Of a stretch of 61,251 nucleotides of DNA, positions 37,907 to 51,177 are shown one piece after another. The stretch is taken from positions 1 through 61,251 of the forward strand of contig JBIPLF010000006.1 of assembly GCA_044368015.1 (NCBI GenBank), in the 5' to 3' direction. The position numbers and the translations under genes are program-made. Position 1 is the first letter of the stretch; every line of letters starts with the position of its first letter. The notes beneath the pieces were generated by a model that was given only the letters and a program-made list of their open reading frames with translations, searched no databases and was not told the origin of the DNA. Source of the stretch: Rickettsiales bacterium. GTDB taxonomy: Bacteria > Pseudomonadota > Alphaproteobacteria > Rickettsiales > RI-342.

Positions 37907-37913
37907 CCCCCTC

Positions 37914-38795
37914 ATGAACACACTCCGTACCGGTCTGTTACTCGCTGGCATGACCGCCCTGTTTCTGGTGATCGGCCAGATGCTCGGCGGCAGTCAGGGC
38001 ATGATGATGGCGTTGGTGTTTGCTGTTGGCACCAACCTGTTCGCCTATTGGAACTCCGATAAGATGGTGCTGCGCATGTATGGCGCGCAACCGGTGGGGG
38101 AAGGGCATCCCCTGCATCGGATTGTCGCGGAACTGGTGGCGCGGGCGGGCATTCCCATGCCCAAAGTGTTTGTGATGGAAAACCCTCAGCCCAACGCCTT
38201 TGCGACGGGTCGGAACCCGGAAAACGCCTCGGTCGCGGCCACCACGGGGCTGCTTTCCATCCTCACCGAGCGCGAGATCGCCGGGGTGATGGCGCATGAA
38301 CTGGCCCATGTGAAAAACCGTGACACCCTCACCATGACTGTCACGGCGACGCTCGCCGGAGCGATCGGGATGCTCGCCAACTTCGCCGGGATGTTTGGTT
38401 CTATGGGACGCAGCCGCGAGGGCGAGGGGCGCAGCGGCGGTATGGTGAGCAGCCTGCTCGTCATGATCCTCGCCCCCATGGCGGCGATGCTGGTGCAGAT
38501 GGCGATTTCCCGCACCCGCGAATATCAGGCCGACCGGATTGGCGCGGAAATTTGTGGCGATCCGCTGGCGCTCGCCTCGGCGCTCGCCAAGCTGCATCGC
38601 GGTGCGCAGACGGTGGATAACATCGCCGCCGAGCACAACCCCGCCACCGCGCATCTGTTTATTGTGAACCCGCTGCATCTGCGGAGTATGGACGGGCTTT
38701 TTTCTACCCACCCCAGCATGGAAAACCGCATCCGGCTACTACAGGAAATGGCGGGAACCGTTCAGGCGAACCCGGCGAAAGGGCCGTGGGGTTAA
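37914..38795 (+). CDS. htpX: Membrane zinc metalloprotease HtpX
   Basis: [29 protein letters not shown]. Confidence 0.96.
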   Translation: MNTLRTGLLLAGMTALFLVIGQMLGGSQGMMMALVFAVGTNLFAYWNSDKMVLRMYGAQPVGEGHPLHRIVAELVARAGIPMPKVFVMENPQPNAFATGRNPENASVAATTGLLSILTEREIAGVMAHELAHVKNRDTLTMTVTATLAGAIGMLANFAGMFGSMGRSREGEGRSGGMVSSLLVMILAPMAAMLVQMAISRTREYQADRIGAEICGDPLALASALAKLHRGAQTVDNIAAEHNPATAHLFIVNPLHLRSMDGLFSTHPSMENRIRLLQEMAGTVQANPAKGPWG

Positions 38796-39874
38796 TGCTC
38801 CGCCCGCTTCTTCTTCACCCGTTCGCTGTCGGATCGCAACTGCCCACAGGCGGCGAGGATGTCCCGTCCTCGCGGGGTGCGGATGGGAGCGCTATACCCT
38901 TCCGCCGCCAGAATATCGGCAAAGCGGTGCACCTGATTATTCGATGAGCATTCATACTGCGTCCCCGGCCAGGGGTTGAAGGGGATCAGGTTGATCTTCG
39001 CCGGAATGCCGCGCAATATTTTGGCGAGTTCATGCGCGTCAGCACTGGTATCGTTCACGCCCTTCAGCATCACATATTCAAAAGTAATGCGCCGGGCGTT
39101 GCTCGCCCCCGGATAATTGCGGCAGGCTTCCAGTAATTCAGCAATCGGATATTTTTTGTTGAGGGGTACCAGTTCGTTGCGTAAATCATCGCGCACGGCG
39201 TGGAGGGAGATGGCCAGATTCACGCCCAATTCTTCCCCGCAGCGCTCAATCAGCGGCACCACTCCGGCGGTCGAGAGGGTGATGCGCCGCTTGGACATCG
39301 CAAAGCCTTCGTCATCCACCAGAATCCGCACGGCTTTGGCGACTTCCTCATAATTAAACAGCGGCTCGCCCATGCCCATAAACACGATGTTGGTGAAGCG
39401 CCGCCCTTCGCGGGTGGAGGGCCATTCCTCCAGCGCGTCGCGGGCGAGCATCCCCTGCCCGACGATCTCGCCGGCGGTGAGGTTGCGCACCAAGAGTTGC
39501 GTGCCGGTATGGCAGAAGCTACAGGTGAGCGTGCACCCCACCTGCGAGGACACGCACAGCGCGCCGCGATCCTCATCGGGGATGAACACCATCTCGGCTT
39601 TATTATCATCGGCGAAGTTCAGCAGCCATTTGCGGGTGCCGTCTTCCGATACCAGCGCACGGGTAAAGCCGGGGCGGGCGAGGCTATGGGTTTCGCTGAG
39701 CTTCTGCCGCAGGGATTTGGAAAGGGTGGTCATGGCGTCGAACGAGGTCGCGCCGCGATCATAGATCCACTGCCAGAGCTGTTTGGCACGGAATGCCGGT
39801 TCGTCCCGTTCCGCAAGCAATGCGTGCAGTTCCTCGCGTGACAGGCCGATGAGGGTGGGTAATCGTTGCTCCAT
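38792..39874 (-). CDS. rlmN: 23S rRNA/tRNA m2A methyltransferase
   Basis: CVSSQVGC...CSFC.TG, MGMGEPL, RG.DI.AACGQL. Confidence 0.98.
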   Translation of the reverse strand: MEQRLPTLIGLSREELHALLAERDEPAFRAKQLWQWIYDRGATSFDAMTTLSKSLRQKLSETHSLARPGFTRALVSEDGTRKWLLNFADDNKAEMVFIPDEDRGALCVSSQVGCTLTCSFCHTGTQLLVRNLTAGEIVGQGMLARDALEEWPSTREGRRFTNIVFMGMGEPLFNYEEVAKAVRILVDDEGFAMSKRRITLSTAGVVPLIERCGEELGVNLAISLHAVRDDLRNELVPLNKKYPIAELLEACRNYPGASNARRITFEYVMLKGVNDTSADAHELAKILRGIPAKINLIPFNPWPGTQYECSSNNQVHRFADILAAEGYSAPIRTPRGRDILAACGQLRSDSERVKKKRAEH

Positions 39875-40078
39875 GCGCGGTTGCATAGCGGGGTTGGAGG
39901 GGCGACGCAATCGGGATAATCATTTGTAATGCAAACAGAGCACAAGATGTCACACCCCCAGAGTCATTCAGATCAGAAATGGTGACCGCAGCGGGTTGGT
40001 GCGGTGACTGTTCAGCATTGGGATGATAGCATGCGGGCCGTTCATAGTGCCGTCACCTCATATATATAGGTCGCTACA

Positions 40079-40804
40079 ATGCTCCCCTTTTTTCGAAATG
40101 CATGTGCGCAACGGCCTCGCGGCTTCACGCTGGTGGAAATCTCCATCGTGCTAGTGGTTGTCGGCCTGATTCTAGGCGGTGTGATGGTGGGGCAGAGCAT
40201 GATTCGCAGCAGTCAGGTGGGCAAACTCAATGCAGAAGTGGAAGCATATCGTGCCGCCGTTGCCTCATTTCAGGATAAATACGCTACCCTGCCAGGTGAT
40301 CTCACCAATGCATCCCGCTATTGGACCGGCGCATCCAGCGGAGATGGCGACGGAAGACTGGATAATTTCGCCGAAAATTTCAACTTCTGGCGGCATCTCG
40401 CACTCTCCGGGCAAATCAAAGGAAGCTTTACGGGGGTCACTGGTCCCGGTTCGGCATATGACGCGGTGATACACGCCAATGTCCCGGAAAGCGCTCTTGG
40501 TGACGCTGGTTACATGCCTTTAAACAGCTATAACACCGGAGTGAATTATTTTTATGCCGACGGGGATATAGGGCTGTTGCTCGGCCGCGATGTAGGAGGT
40601 TCCTACACGTTTGCGCCCGCGCTCACCGTGGGTGAGGCTTATGCCATGGATCAGAAATTCGATGACGGGTTGGCGGTTTCCGGCATCATAAAGGCGGCCA
40701 ATCAGGCGTTTGCCCCTAATTGCACGACCACTAACCTTCCTGCCACTGCCGTGTATAGCACGGCGTATACCGACATTGCCTGCACATTATTTTTTCTTCT
40801 GTAG
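40079..40804 (+). CDS. Prepilin-type N-terminal cleavage/methylation protein
   Basis: RG|FTLVEISIVLVVVGL, LPGD, D.K.DDG, C-terminal Cys pair. Confidence 0.85.
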   Translation: MLPFFRNACAQRPRGFTLVEISIVLVVVGLILGGVMVGQSMIRSSQVGKLNAEVEAYRAAVASFQDKYATLPGDLTNASRYWTGASSGDGDGRLDNFAENFNFWRHLALSGQIKGSFTGVTGPGSAYDAVIHANVPESALGDAGYMPLNSYNTGVNYFYADGDIGLLLGRDVGGSYTFAPALTVGEAYAMDQKFDDGLAVSGIIKAANQAFAPNCTTTNLPATAVYSTAYTDIACTLFFLL

Positions 40805-40916
40805 GCAATGCCTCTCTCGTTTTTCTAACGATATGGCCATGCAGCGCCTTCCCAGCCCCTTGCATCCGGGGCAGCAACATGCTACCAAGCGCCAGTTTTA
40901 GAGGAAGATTTACCCC

Positions 40917-41483
40917 ATGCCCGCATCCCGGTCTACCGCCGCACGGCTTGCAGAGCGCTACGCAAAGGCGCTCTATGCCCTTGCGTCTGAACAAAAAACC
41001 GTTCCCGCGCTGGCGAAGGACAGTGCCGATTTTCAGGCGCTTGTCGCCTCGCATGCAGGGCTTGCACGCCTGCTGCGCGATCCGTCGCTGAATGCGGATG
41101 ATCAGGCGCGGGCCATCGCCGCGATCACGAAACCTGCCTCGCCCTTGCTGGGAAAACTGGCGGCGGTGATGGCGCGTCGCAACCGGTTGAGCATTCTGCC
41201 GGAGGTGCTGGCTGCGTTCCAACGCATGGTGCGCGAGGCAGATGGCGAAACCGATGTAACGGTGACCTCCGCGCATCCGCTGAAAGCGCCGCAGAAAAAA
41301 CAGATTGAAGCCATGGTGGTCAAGGCCGCCGGGAAGAAAGCGCATATCACCTACCGCGAGGATGCAAGCCTCCTTGGTGGGTTTCAGATTCACATGGGGT
41401 CGGTGCTTGTCGATGCCACGTCTAAACAATGGTTGGCCCGTCTGGAGCAACGGCTCCTGTCTGCGGTCGCCGCGTCAGCATAA
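40917..41483 (+). CDS. atpH: ATP synthase delta subunit
   Basis: A.RYAKALY, V.VTSA.PL, LLGG......VDAT; precedes atpA. Confidence 0.92.
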   Translation: MPASRSTAARLAERYAKALYALASEQKTVPALAKDSADFQALVASHAGLARLLRDPSLNADDQARAIAAITKPASPLLGKLAAVMARRNRLSILPEVLAAFQRMVREADGETDVTVTSAHPLKAPQKKQIEAMVVKAAGKKAHITYREDASLLGGFQIHMGSVLVDATSKQWLARLEQRLLSAVAASA

Positions 41484-41496
41484 GGAGCACACACAG

Positions 41497-43029
41497 ATGG
41501 ATATTAACGCCGCAGAGATTTCCGAGATCCTCAAACGTGAGATTGCAGGCTTCGACGCCGCTGCCGAACTCGCCGAAGTCGGCGAAGTGGTGGCCATTGG
41601 CGACGGGATTGCGCTCATCCATGGGTTGAATCAGGTGCAGGCCGGGGAAATGATCGAGTTTCCGGGCGGCATTAAGGGCATGGCGCTCAACCTCGAAACC
41701 GATACGGTCGGGGCCGTGATTTTCGGCGAGGATCGCAATGTAAAAGAGGGCGATACCGTCAAGCGTACCGGCACGATTGTGGACGTTCCCGTGGGGAAAG
41801 CTCTGCTCGGTCGCGTGGTGGACGCGCTCGGCAATCCGATCGACGGCAAGGGCACACTCAAAGCCAAGGAGCGTCGCCGGGTGGAAACCAAAGCGCCGGG
41901 GATTATTCAGCGGAAATCGGTGCATGAACCGATGCAGACCGGCATTAAATCCATCGACGCGCTGATTCCGATCGGCCGCGGCCAGCGGGAACTCATCATC
42001 GGCGACCGGCAAACCGGCAAAACCACCATCGCCATTGATACGATCATCAATCAGAAAAGCATCAATGCCGGTGCCGACGAATCCAAAAAACTCTATTGCG
42101 TCTATGTGGCCATCGGGCAAAAACGCTCGACCGTCGCGCAGGTGGTGAAGCGTCTGGAAGAAGCAGGCGCCATGGAATACACGATTGTGGTTTCTGCCAC
42201 CGCGTCTGAGCCCGCGCCGCTGCAATTCCTCGCCCCCTACACAGGCTGCACCATGGCGGAATATTTCCGCGATAACGGGATGCACGCGCTGATTGTGTAT
42301 GACGATCTCTCCAAGCAGGCCGTGGCTTACCGCCAGATGTCGCTGCTGCTGCGCCGTCCGCCGGGACGCGAAGCCTATCCGGGCGACGTGTTCTATCTGC
42401 ACTCCCGTTTGCTGGAGCGCGCTGCGAAAATGTCCGACGATCAGGGCGCGGGTTCGCTCACCGCGCTGCCGATCATCGAAACGCAGGCGGGCGACGTCTC
42501 GGCTTATATTCCCACCAACGTGATCTCCATCACCGACGGGCAGATCTTCCTGGAGAGCGAGCTGTTTTATAAGGGGATTCGCCCGGCGGTGAATGTCGGG
42601 CTTTCGGTGAGCCGCGTGGGTTCGGCTGCGCAAATCAAAGCCATGAAGCAGGTGGCGGGTTCCATCAAGCTGGAGCTGGCGCAATATCGCGAAATGGAAG
42701 CCTTCGCGCAGTTTGGGTCAGATCTCGATGCCTCCACCCAGAAGCTGCTCGCACGCGGGCAACGGTTGACGCAGCTCCTCAAGCAGGCGCAATACTCGCC
42801 GCTGACGGTCGCCGAGGAAGTGGTGGTGATCTATGCCGGGGTGAAGGGGTATCTGGATACCATCCCCGCCAAAGAAGTGAATGCGTTTGAGCAAGCCCTG
42901 CTGAAAGAGCTGCGCGGTGTGCATCAGGATCTGTTGCAGGAGATCGCTAAGGAAGAAAAGCTCACCGATGCGATTGAAGCGAAAATCAAAACGGTGATTA
43001 CGGCAGTGGCCAAACGGTTTGAGGGGTAG
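41497..43029 (+). CDS. atpA: ATP synthase alpha subunit
   Basis: [29 protein letters not shown]. Confidence 0.99.
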   Translation: MDINAAEISEILKREIAGFDAAAELAEVGEVVAIGDGIALIHGLNQVQAGEMIEFPGGIKGMALNLETDTVGAVIFGEDRNVKEGDTVKRTGTIVDVPVGKALLGRVVDALGNPIDGKGTLKAKERRRVETKAPGIIQRKSVHEPMQTGIKSIDALIPIGRGQRELIIGDRQTGKTTIAIDTIINQKSINAGADESKKLYCVYVAIGQKRSTVAQVVKRLEEAGAMEYTIVVSATASEPAPLQFLAPYTGCTMAEYFRDNGMHALIVYDDLSKQAVAYRQMSLLLRRPPGREAYPGDVFYLHSRLLERAAKMSDDQGAGSLTALPIIETQAGDVSAYIPTNVISITDGQIFLESELFYKGIRPAVNVGLSVSRVGSAAQIKAMKQVAGSIKLELAQYREMEAFAQFGSDLDASTQKLLARGQRLTQLLKQAQYSPLTVAEEVVVIYAGVKGYLDTIPAKEVNAFEQALLKELRGVHQDLLQEIAKEEKLTDAIEAKIKTVITAVAKRFEG

Positions 43030-43033
43030 AGAA

Positions 43034-43242
43034 ATGTCGGGAAAAGTAACGGCGACCACTGGAGCTTGGCAGGACGTTCGGACTGTGCTTCGGGTTGATT
43101 CTCGCGCTGATGTTGCAGTGGAGGGGGATCGCCCTAAGCCTTGGCAAGTGGATGAACGTGTTGCTGAAATAACCGTTGACGCAAGCACACTGGCAAAGCT
43201 GCCCCCTGAATTAAAAGAAAAATTCAAGCCCGCTGGAAGCTA

Positions 43243-43243
<1 letters not shown>
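43034..43243 (+). CDS. Orphan 69-aa protein inside the F1 operon
   Basis: ATG 4 nt after the atpA stop, with GAGGGG upstream; TAATG coupling to atpG. Confidence 0.65.
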
Positions 43244-45625
<2,382 letters not shown>

Positions 45626-45700
45626 GGGAGAGGGCAGGATTTGGGAGGCAGAAGGAATGTTCTTTCTTCCTGACCTCTGGACCCTGAATCCTGATCCCTA
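45626..45700. repeat. Degenerate inverted heptamer array
   Basis: CCTGACC TCTGGAC CCTGAAT CCTGATC. Confidence 0.6.
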
Positions 45701-45705
45701 CTAAA

Positions 45706-45782
45706 GGGTGATTAGCTCAGTTGGTTAGAGCGCTGCCTTCACACGGCAGAGGTCACAAGTTCGAGTCTTGTATCACCCACCA
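45706..45782 (+). tRNA. tRNA-Val(CAC)
   Basis: GGGTGATTAGCTCAGTTGGTTAGAGCGCTGCCTTCACACGGCAGAGGTCACAAGTTCGAGTCTTGTATCACCCACCA. Confidence 0.97.
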
Positions 45783-45851
45783 TTGCACCATAGAGATGGT
45801 TTACGCGCAGAGGTTACTGGCGAAGTCATATCAACGCATAAGGAGGCAAAC

Positions 45852-46196
45852 ATGGGTATTTTAGACGGTGTCGTGGGCGGTCTGGTCAGCGCAGGCATTA
45901 CCTCGGTGGTGAGCAAAATGCTTGACCAGCATGGTGGTGTGCAAGGGCTGGTGAACCAGTTTCAGGAAAAAGGCCTGGGGGATATTGTCCAATCCTGGGT
46001 GGGGACCGGTGCGAACCAACCGATTGCCCCGACGCAAGTGCAACAAGCCTTTGGCTCGGATATTATCCAGCAGCTCGCCGAAAAGAGCGGCCTTTCCGCC
46101 AGCGATCTGACGCAAAAGCTCTCGGAAATCCTGCCCGATGCGATTGATAAACTGACCCCCGGCGGCGTGGTTCCTACCAGCGCAGCGGCGGCTTAG
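45852..46196 (+). CDS. YidB (DUF937) family protein
   Basis: GG..GL...F...GLG..VQSWVGTG.N.PI, LP..IDKLTP.G; AAGGAGG RBS. Confidence 0.88.
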   Translation: MGILDGVVGGLVSAGITSVVSKMLDQHGGVQGLVNQFQEKGLGDIVQSWVGTGANQPIAPTQVQQAFGSDIIQQLAEKSGLSASDLTQKLSEILPDAIDKLTPGGVVPTSAAAA

Positions 46197-46234
46197 TCGA
46201 CTTCTGCCTTCACCCCTCCCTGAATGGGAGGAGT

Positions 46235-46332
46235 GTCATCCTGAGCATAGCGAAGGATCTCCCCATTTGCGTAAACCTATCCATGTTTCGTAAAGGGTGA
46301 TATCCTTCTGGGATACATCCCCTCAGGATGAC
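46235..46332. repeat. GTCAT...ATGAC palindromic repeat, copy 4
   Basis: GTCATCCTGAGCATAGCGAAGGATCT...ATCCTTC...CTCAGGATGAC. Confidence 0.85.
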
Positions 46333-46361
46333 GCTGCTCAACATCTCTCCCTTTGTTACGC

Positions 46362-47045
46362 CTACCCCTTCTCCTCCGGGTCCATCAGCACCCGCAGCAC
46401 ATTGGAGCGGAACTCCCGGCGATAGAGCACAAACACCACCCACAGGGTGGCCACCATAAACAGCAGTGGATGCAGAAACCAGCTGATGGTGGCGAGTCCA
46501 AAATAATAGGCGCGCAGTCCCAGATTAAAATGCCGCCCGGCATTGCTGATGAGTTTCCCCGTCCGCCGGGCGAAGAGTTCATGCACGGAGCCATCGCCCG
46601 CAGGGTCGGGAGCCGCCCCCACCAAAATTCCCGCATAGTTATACTGCCGCAGCGACCAAGTATATTTGAAGAAGGAATAGGTGAAAATAACAATGAGGAG
46701 CAGCACCCTCACCCCCCATCCCTGCTCGTTGATCTCCATGGTGAGCGGCACGGCGGCCAGCATATGCTGCGCCTGTTCCTCGAAGCGAAGGATATTCATC
46801 AATCCCGCAATGATGAGGATGGAAGTGGAGGCAAAAAACGAAATACTCCGCATCAAATTACCGATCAGCGTTGCATCCACCATGCGATTGTCACGCGTGG
46901 TCATGCGGCGCATCCACTCATGGCGATAACGCCCCATCACGGTAAAAATGCTGGGGATTTTGCGGCTGAGCCGTACCGAATACCACTGATACCCAAACCA
47001 GGCGATGCCAAACCAACTGAGGGCGATCAGGTCAAGCATATGCAT
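46362..47045 (-). CDS. DUF599 family membrane protein
   Basis: R..WM..M..R.NR..D, FFAST, FN.GLRAYYF, RREF.S. Confidence 0.88.
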   Translation of the reverse strand: MHMLDLIALSWFGIAWFGYQWYSVRLSRKIPSIFTVMGRYRHEWMRRMTTRDNRMVDATLIGNLMRSISFFASTSILIIAGLMNILRFEEQAQHMLAAVPLTMEINEQGWGVRVLLLIVIFTYSFFKYTWSLRQYNYAGILVGAAPDPAGDGSVHELFARRTGKLISNAGRHFNLGLRAYYFGLATISWFLHPLLFMVATLWVVFVLYRREFRSNVLRVLMDPEEKG

Positions 47046-47193
47046 GGTGCGGCTCCTTGAGTGGCAACGCTAGCAGCGACGCCCTCCTTTCGCCAACGCT
47101 TTCTTGACTTTCGGCGCGGGCTGGGGCAGCGTCCTTCCCTGACCGATGCCATGATGCCATGGCGGCCTGCCTGTAAACCATTACGGAGCGTTC

Positions 47194-48030
47194 GTGCTTC
47201 CCCGTCTTGTCTCCCGCACCGTGATACCCGGCTTTGTGCCCACACTCGGATTCACCATCCTGTATCTGGTGCTGGTGGTACTGATTCCGCTTTCCGGGCT
47301 GTTTGCCCATAGTATGGAGCTAAGCTGGACGCGCTTTGTGGAAACCGTGACCGATGAGCGGGTGGTGCATGCCTATCAGGTGACCTTCGGTGCGGCATGT
47401 GCGGCGGCGCTCATCAATCTGGTATTTGGGCTGATGGTGACCTGGATGCTGGTGCGCTACCATGTGCCGTTCCGCCGGTTCTTTGATGCACTGGTAGACC
47501 TTCCCTTCGCCCTGCCCACTGCCGTGGCGGGGATTGCACTCACCGCGCTTTATGCCCCCAAAGGTTGGATTGGGCAGTATCTTGATCCGCTGGGTATCAA
47601 GGTGGCGTTTACACCGATTGGGATTGTGCTCGCCATGGTGTTTGTAGGCCTGCCCTTTGTGGTACGCACCGTGCAACCGGTGCTGGAGGATATGGAACGG
47701 GAAATGGAGGAAGCCGCCGCAAGTCTGGGCGCATCGCGCTGGCAGATTTTCCGCTATGTGCTACTACCGCATATCCTCCCTGCACTGCTGACCGGTTTTT
47801 CCATGAGTTTTGCGCGGGGACTCGGCGAATATGGGTCGGTGATTTTCATTGCCGGGAACATGCCGGGTGTCTCCGAAATTATCCCGCTGTTGATTGTGGT
47901 GAAGCTGGAACAATATGAATATGCCGAAGCAACCGCCATTGCGCTGGTGATGCTGATGGCCTCGTTCCTGATGCTGCTGGTGGTGAATCTGCTGCAAAAA
48001 TGGAGCCAAACGCGAGGGTTCAACAGCTAA
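47194..48030 (+). CDS. cysT: Sulfate ABC transporter permease
   Basis: [34 protein letters not shown]. Confidence 0.95.
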   Translation: MLPRLVSRTVIPGFVPTLGFTILYLVLVVLIPLSGLFAHSMELSWTRFVETVTDERVVHAYQVTFGAACAAALINLVFGLMVTWMLVRYHVPFRRFFDALVDLPFALPTAVAGIALTALYAPKGWIGQYLDPLGIKVAFTPIGIVLAMVFVGLPFVVRTVQPVLEDMEREMEEAAASLGASRWQIFRYVLLPHILPALLTGFSMSFARGLGEYGSVIFIAGNMPGVSEIIPLLIVVKLEQYEYAEATAIALVMLMASFLMLLVVNLLQKWSQTRGFNS

Positions 48031-48854
48031 TGACGCAATCGCACCTCACTGAATCGTTCCTGATCCGCGGCTTGATCTCGCTGCTGGGCGGTGGATTTCT
48101 GCTGCTGGTGGTGGGGATGCCGGTGCTTGCCGTGTTTGTGGAGGCCTTCCGCAAGGGGGCGGATGCCTATCTGGCGAGCATCATGGATGAGGATGCGCTT
48201 TCGGCCATGCGGCTCACCCTGCTGGTGGCGGGCATCGCCGTGCCCTGCAACCTGGTGTTTGGCGTCGCCGCAAGCTGGGCGATTGCCAAATTTAACTTCA
48301 TCGGCAAGCGGTTGCTTATTACCCTGATCGACCTGCCTTTTTCGGTGTCTCCGGTGATTTCCGGGCTGATTTATGTCCTGCTGTTTGGCGCGCATTCGGT
48401 GATCGGTGAGTGGCTGATTGAACGGGATATTCAAATCCTCTTTGCCGTGCCGGGGCTGGTGATCGCCACTTTGTTTGTCACCTTTCCTTTCGTGGCGCGG
48501 GAGCTGATTCCGCTGATGGAAGAACAAGGGACGGAAGAGGAAGAAGCCGCGCTGCTGCTGGGTGCTTCGGGGTGGAAAACCTTCTGGAACGTGACCCTGC
48601 CCAATATTCGCTGGGGGTTGCTCTATGGCGTGCTGCTGTGCAATGCCCGCGCCATGGGCGAATTCGGTGCGGTTTCCGTGGTTTCCGGGCATATCAAGGG
48701 CGAAACCAACACCGTACCCTTGCAGGTGGAAGTGCTGTATAACGAATATAATTTTGTTGCGGCCTTTGCCGTGGCTTCGCTCCTCACCTTTCTGGCGCTG
48801 GTGACGCTGGCACTGAAACGGTTGGTTGAGCGGCAATGCGGAGACGAAAGGTAA
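48030..48854 (+). CDS. cysW: Sulfate ABC transporter permease
   Basis: [36 protein letters not shown]. Confidence 0.96.
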   Translation: MTQSHLTESFLIRGLISLLGGGFLLLVVGMPVLAVFVEAFRKGADAYLASIMDEDALSAMRLTLLVAGIAVPCNLVFGVAASWAIAKFNFIGKRLLITLIDLPFSVSPVISGLIYVLLFGAHSVIGEWLIERDIQILFAVPGLVIATLFVTFPFVARELIPLMEEQGTEEEEAALLLGASGWKTFWNVTLPNIRWGLLYGVLLCNARAMGEFGAVSVVSGHIKGETNTVPLQVEVLYNEYNFVAAFAVASLLTFLALVTLALKRLVERQCGDER

Positions 48855-48858
48855 GGAT

Positions 48859-50055
48859 ATGGGGATACATGCGCGCCACATCAGCAAACAATTCCGCGAC
48901 TTCACCGCGCTCGACGATGTGAGTCTGGAGGTCAAATCCGGCGAGCTGGTAGCGCTGCTTGGCCCGTCCGGTTCGGGGAAAACCACGCTGCTGAGGATCA
49001 TCGCGGGGCTGGAATTCCCCGATAGCGGCAGCGTGCTGCTGGATGGCGAAAAAGTGCATAGCAAAGCCGTGCAGGAACGCAAAGTAGGGTTTGTGTTCCA
49101 GCATTACGCACTGTTTAAGCATATGACGGTGTTCGATAACGTGGCATTTGGGCTGAAGGTGCGGCCCAAAGACCAGCGCCCCTCCGATTACCAGATTCGC
49201 CGCAAAGTGATGGAATTGCTGGAGCTGGTGCATCTGGACACGTTCCATGACCGCTATCCGCGTCAGCTTTCCGGTGGGCAACGGCAGCGGGTGGCGCTCG
49301 CCAGAGCGCTCGCCGTGGAACCCAAAGTGCTGCTGCTGGATGAACCCTTCGGTGCGCTAGACGCCAAGGTGCGCAAAGAGCTACGCCGCTGGATGCGCCG
49401 CCTGCATGACGAAATGCACATTACCAGCCTGTTTGTCACCCATGACCAAGAAGAGGCGATGGAAGTCTCCGATCGTGTGGTGGTGATGAGCAATGGCAAG
49501 GTGGAGCAACTGGGTACGCCGGAGCAGGTATGGCAGCACCCCGCCAATGCGTTTGTGTATGATTTTCTTGGCAATTACAACGAGTTCGACGGCTGGAAAG
49601 ACGCGCAAGGCGCGATCCATCTGGCGGAAACCGATCTGGTGGAAGTGCCCGAAAGCGTGCTCACCCCCACCACGCGCCCCAGCGGGTGGTTGAACCGCTA
49701 TCCGGAAATCGGTAGCCTGTTCTCCCGCGTGGTGCCGGGGCTGGTTGCTACCCCCTCCCCCCCCTCCCTGCCGCTGAAACGCAAGGAAGTGCGCCGCCCG
49801 CTGGATGGTAAGGCCGTGAAGCTCTATGCCCGCCCGCACGAGATGTGGGTGAGCAAAACGCACGACCATCATGAATCCATTGAAGCGCGGGTGGTGCATC
49901 TCAACCCCGCCGGATCGCTGGTGAAGCTGGAGCTGGAGCGCTCCAGCGGGCCGGTGCTTCAGGTGGAGATCCCCAAAAGCGTGCTAGACCGGTTGCAGAT
50001 CGCCAAGGGGGATTTGCTGTTTGTACGGCCCAAGCAGACGAAGGTGTTTGAGTAG
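48859..50055 (+). CDS. cysA: Sulfate ABC transporter ATPase
   Basis: [35 protein letters not shown]; C-terminal TOBE-like domain. Confidence 0.96.
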   Translation: MGIHARHISKQFRDFTALDDVSLEVKSGELVALLGPSGSGKTTLLRIIAGLEFPDSGSVLLDGEKVHSKAVQERKVGFVFQHYALFKHMTVFDNVAFGLKVRPKDQRPSDYQIRRKVMELLELVHLDTFHDRYPRQLSGGQRQRVALARALAVEPKVLLLDEPFGALDAKVRKELRRWMRRLHDEMHITSLFVTHDQEEAMEVSDRVVVMSNGKVEQLGTPEQVWQHPANAFVYDFLGNYNEFDGWKDAQGAIHLAETDLVEVPESVLTPTTRPSGWLNRYPEIGSLFSRVVPGLVATPSPPSLPLKRKEVRRPLDGKAVKLYARPHEMWVSKTHDHHESIEARVVHLNPAGSLVKLELERSSGPVLQVEIPKSVLDRLQIAKGDLLFVRPKQTKVFE

Positions 50056-50057
50056 GT

Positions 50058-50288
50058 AAGATTTCTACTATGGCTTGCTGCAAATGGCAGGATCGTCTCC
50101 GCTCCTCATGTCATGTACCCAAACGTACACTCATTCCGGTGCTCGCCGACCCTGCTATAGTATTTCCCATTTTCACTGAGAGTGCGTCGCCTTTCGGCTC
50201 ATGTAGGATTTCTACACGTCGCCTCAGGCTCCTGCTCTCATTAAAAAGCGAAAACACTATATTTTCGCTTGCGCCCTAGCGAAATCTT
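50058..50288. mobile_element. MITE of the 18601 family interrupted by a second MITE (50158-50259) with TA duplication
   Basis: Outer ends AAGATTTC...GAAATCTT; inner TAGTATTTCCCATTTT...AAAAAGCGAAAACACTA flanked by TA at 50156 and 50260. Confidence 0.75.
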
Positions 50289-50304
50289 GGGAGAGCAGCG
50301 TTCC

Positions 50305-51177
50305 TCAGCTATCCCCCTCTACATCCAGCCCGATATCCACCGCCGGGGCGCTGTGGGTGAGGCGGCCGACGGAGATGCACTCCACACCCGTTTCCGCGAT
50401 TGCACGCACCGTTTCCAGCGATACGCCGCCGGAGGCCTCTAGCTGCACCGACGGCGCCAGCCGATTCCGCAATGCCACCGCCTCGCGCAGCATTGCAAGC
50501 GGCATGTTATCGAGCAGGATCCGGTCCACCCCGGCGGTGAGTGCTTCTTCCGTTTGCGCCAGCGTGTCGCATTCGACGATTAAAGACATTCCCTGACCCC
50601 TGACCCCTGAACCCTGATTTCTGGCCCGCGCTACGGCTTCCGCCAGCGTACACCCCGCCAGCGCCAGATGGTTATCCTTGATGAGAATCGCATCGTCCAG
50701 CCGCATGCGGTGATTCACGGCTCCTCCCGTACGGGTGGCGTATTTATCAAGCGTCCGCCAGCCGGGGAGCGTTTTGCGTGTATCGAGAATCGTGACACCC
50801 GTCCCCGCCACCGCCTCCACATACCGCCTTGTGAGGCTCGCCACCCCACACAGGCGTTGCAGGATATTCAGCGCGGTGCGTTCCAGCGTTAGCAGGGTAT
50901 GGGCATCGCCGGAGAGGGTGAGGAGCGTTCCCCCCGCCGCCACGGCCTCGCCGTCTGCGGCCTGTGGCTCCACCCTGCACGCGGATTCCGGCTGGAGCAT
51001 GGTGAGCAGCGTGGGCACCACCCAGTCCCCACACATGACAATCCCCTCACGCGCCCGCATCGCCAGTCGCGCCTGCGTGCTAGGCGGCACCACCAGACGC
51101 GTGGTGATGTCGCCGGCGCCGATATCCTCGTCAAGGGCGGCACGTAAAAGCAAAAGCGTGGCGGCGTCGGGGAACAT
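50305..51177 (-). CDS. nadC: Quinolinate phosphoribosyltransferase
   Basis: ED.G.GDIT, DTRKTLPG.R, LIKDNH, LLDNM, EASGG. Confidence 0.97.
   Translation of the reverse strand: MFPDAATLLLLRAALDEDIGAGDITTRLVVPPSTQARLAMRAREGIVMCGDWVVPTLLTMLQPESACRVEPQAADGEAVAAGGTLLTLSGDAHTLLTLERTALNILQRLCGVASLTRRYVEAVAGTGVTILDTRKTLPGWRTLDKYATRTGGAVNHRMRLDDAILIKDNHLALAGCTLAEAVARARNQGSGVRGQGMSLIVECDTLAQTEEALTAGVDRILLDNMPLAMLREAVALRNRLAPSVQLEASGGVSLETVRAIAETGVECISVGRLTHSAPAVDIGLDVEGDS

Noticed and set aside
37350-37913. Long N-terminal extension of HtpX (481-aa ORF)
   Set aside because: Overlaps hemW out of frame and runs through a repeat; homology starts at ATG 37914
45783-46234. Island integrated at tRNA-Val
   Set aside because: No duplicated tRNA 3' end or integrase; only a YidB gene follows
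50070-50279. ORF inside the nested MITE (also 18583-18973 and 29613-29849)
   Set aside because: Open frames are a property of the palindromic elements; no RBS or independent coding signal
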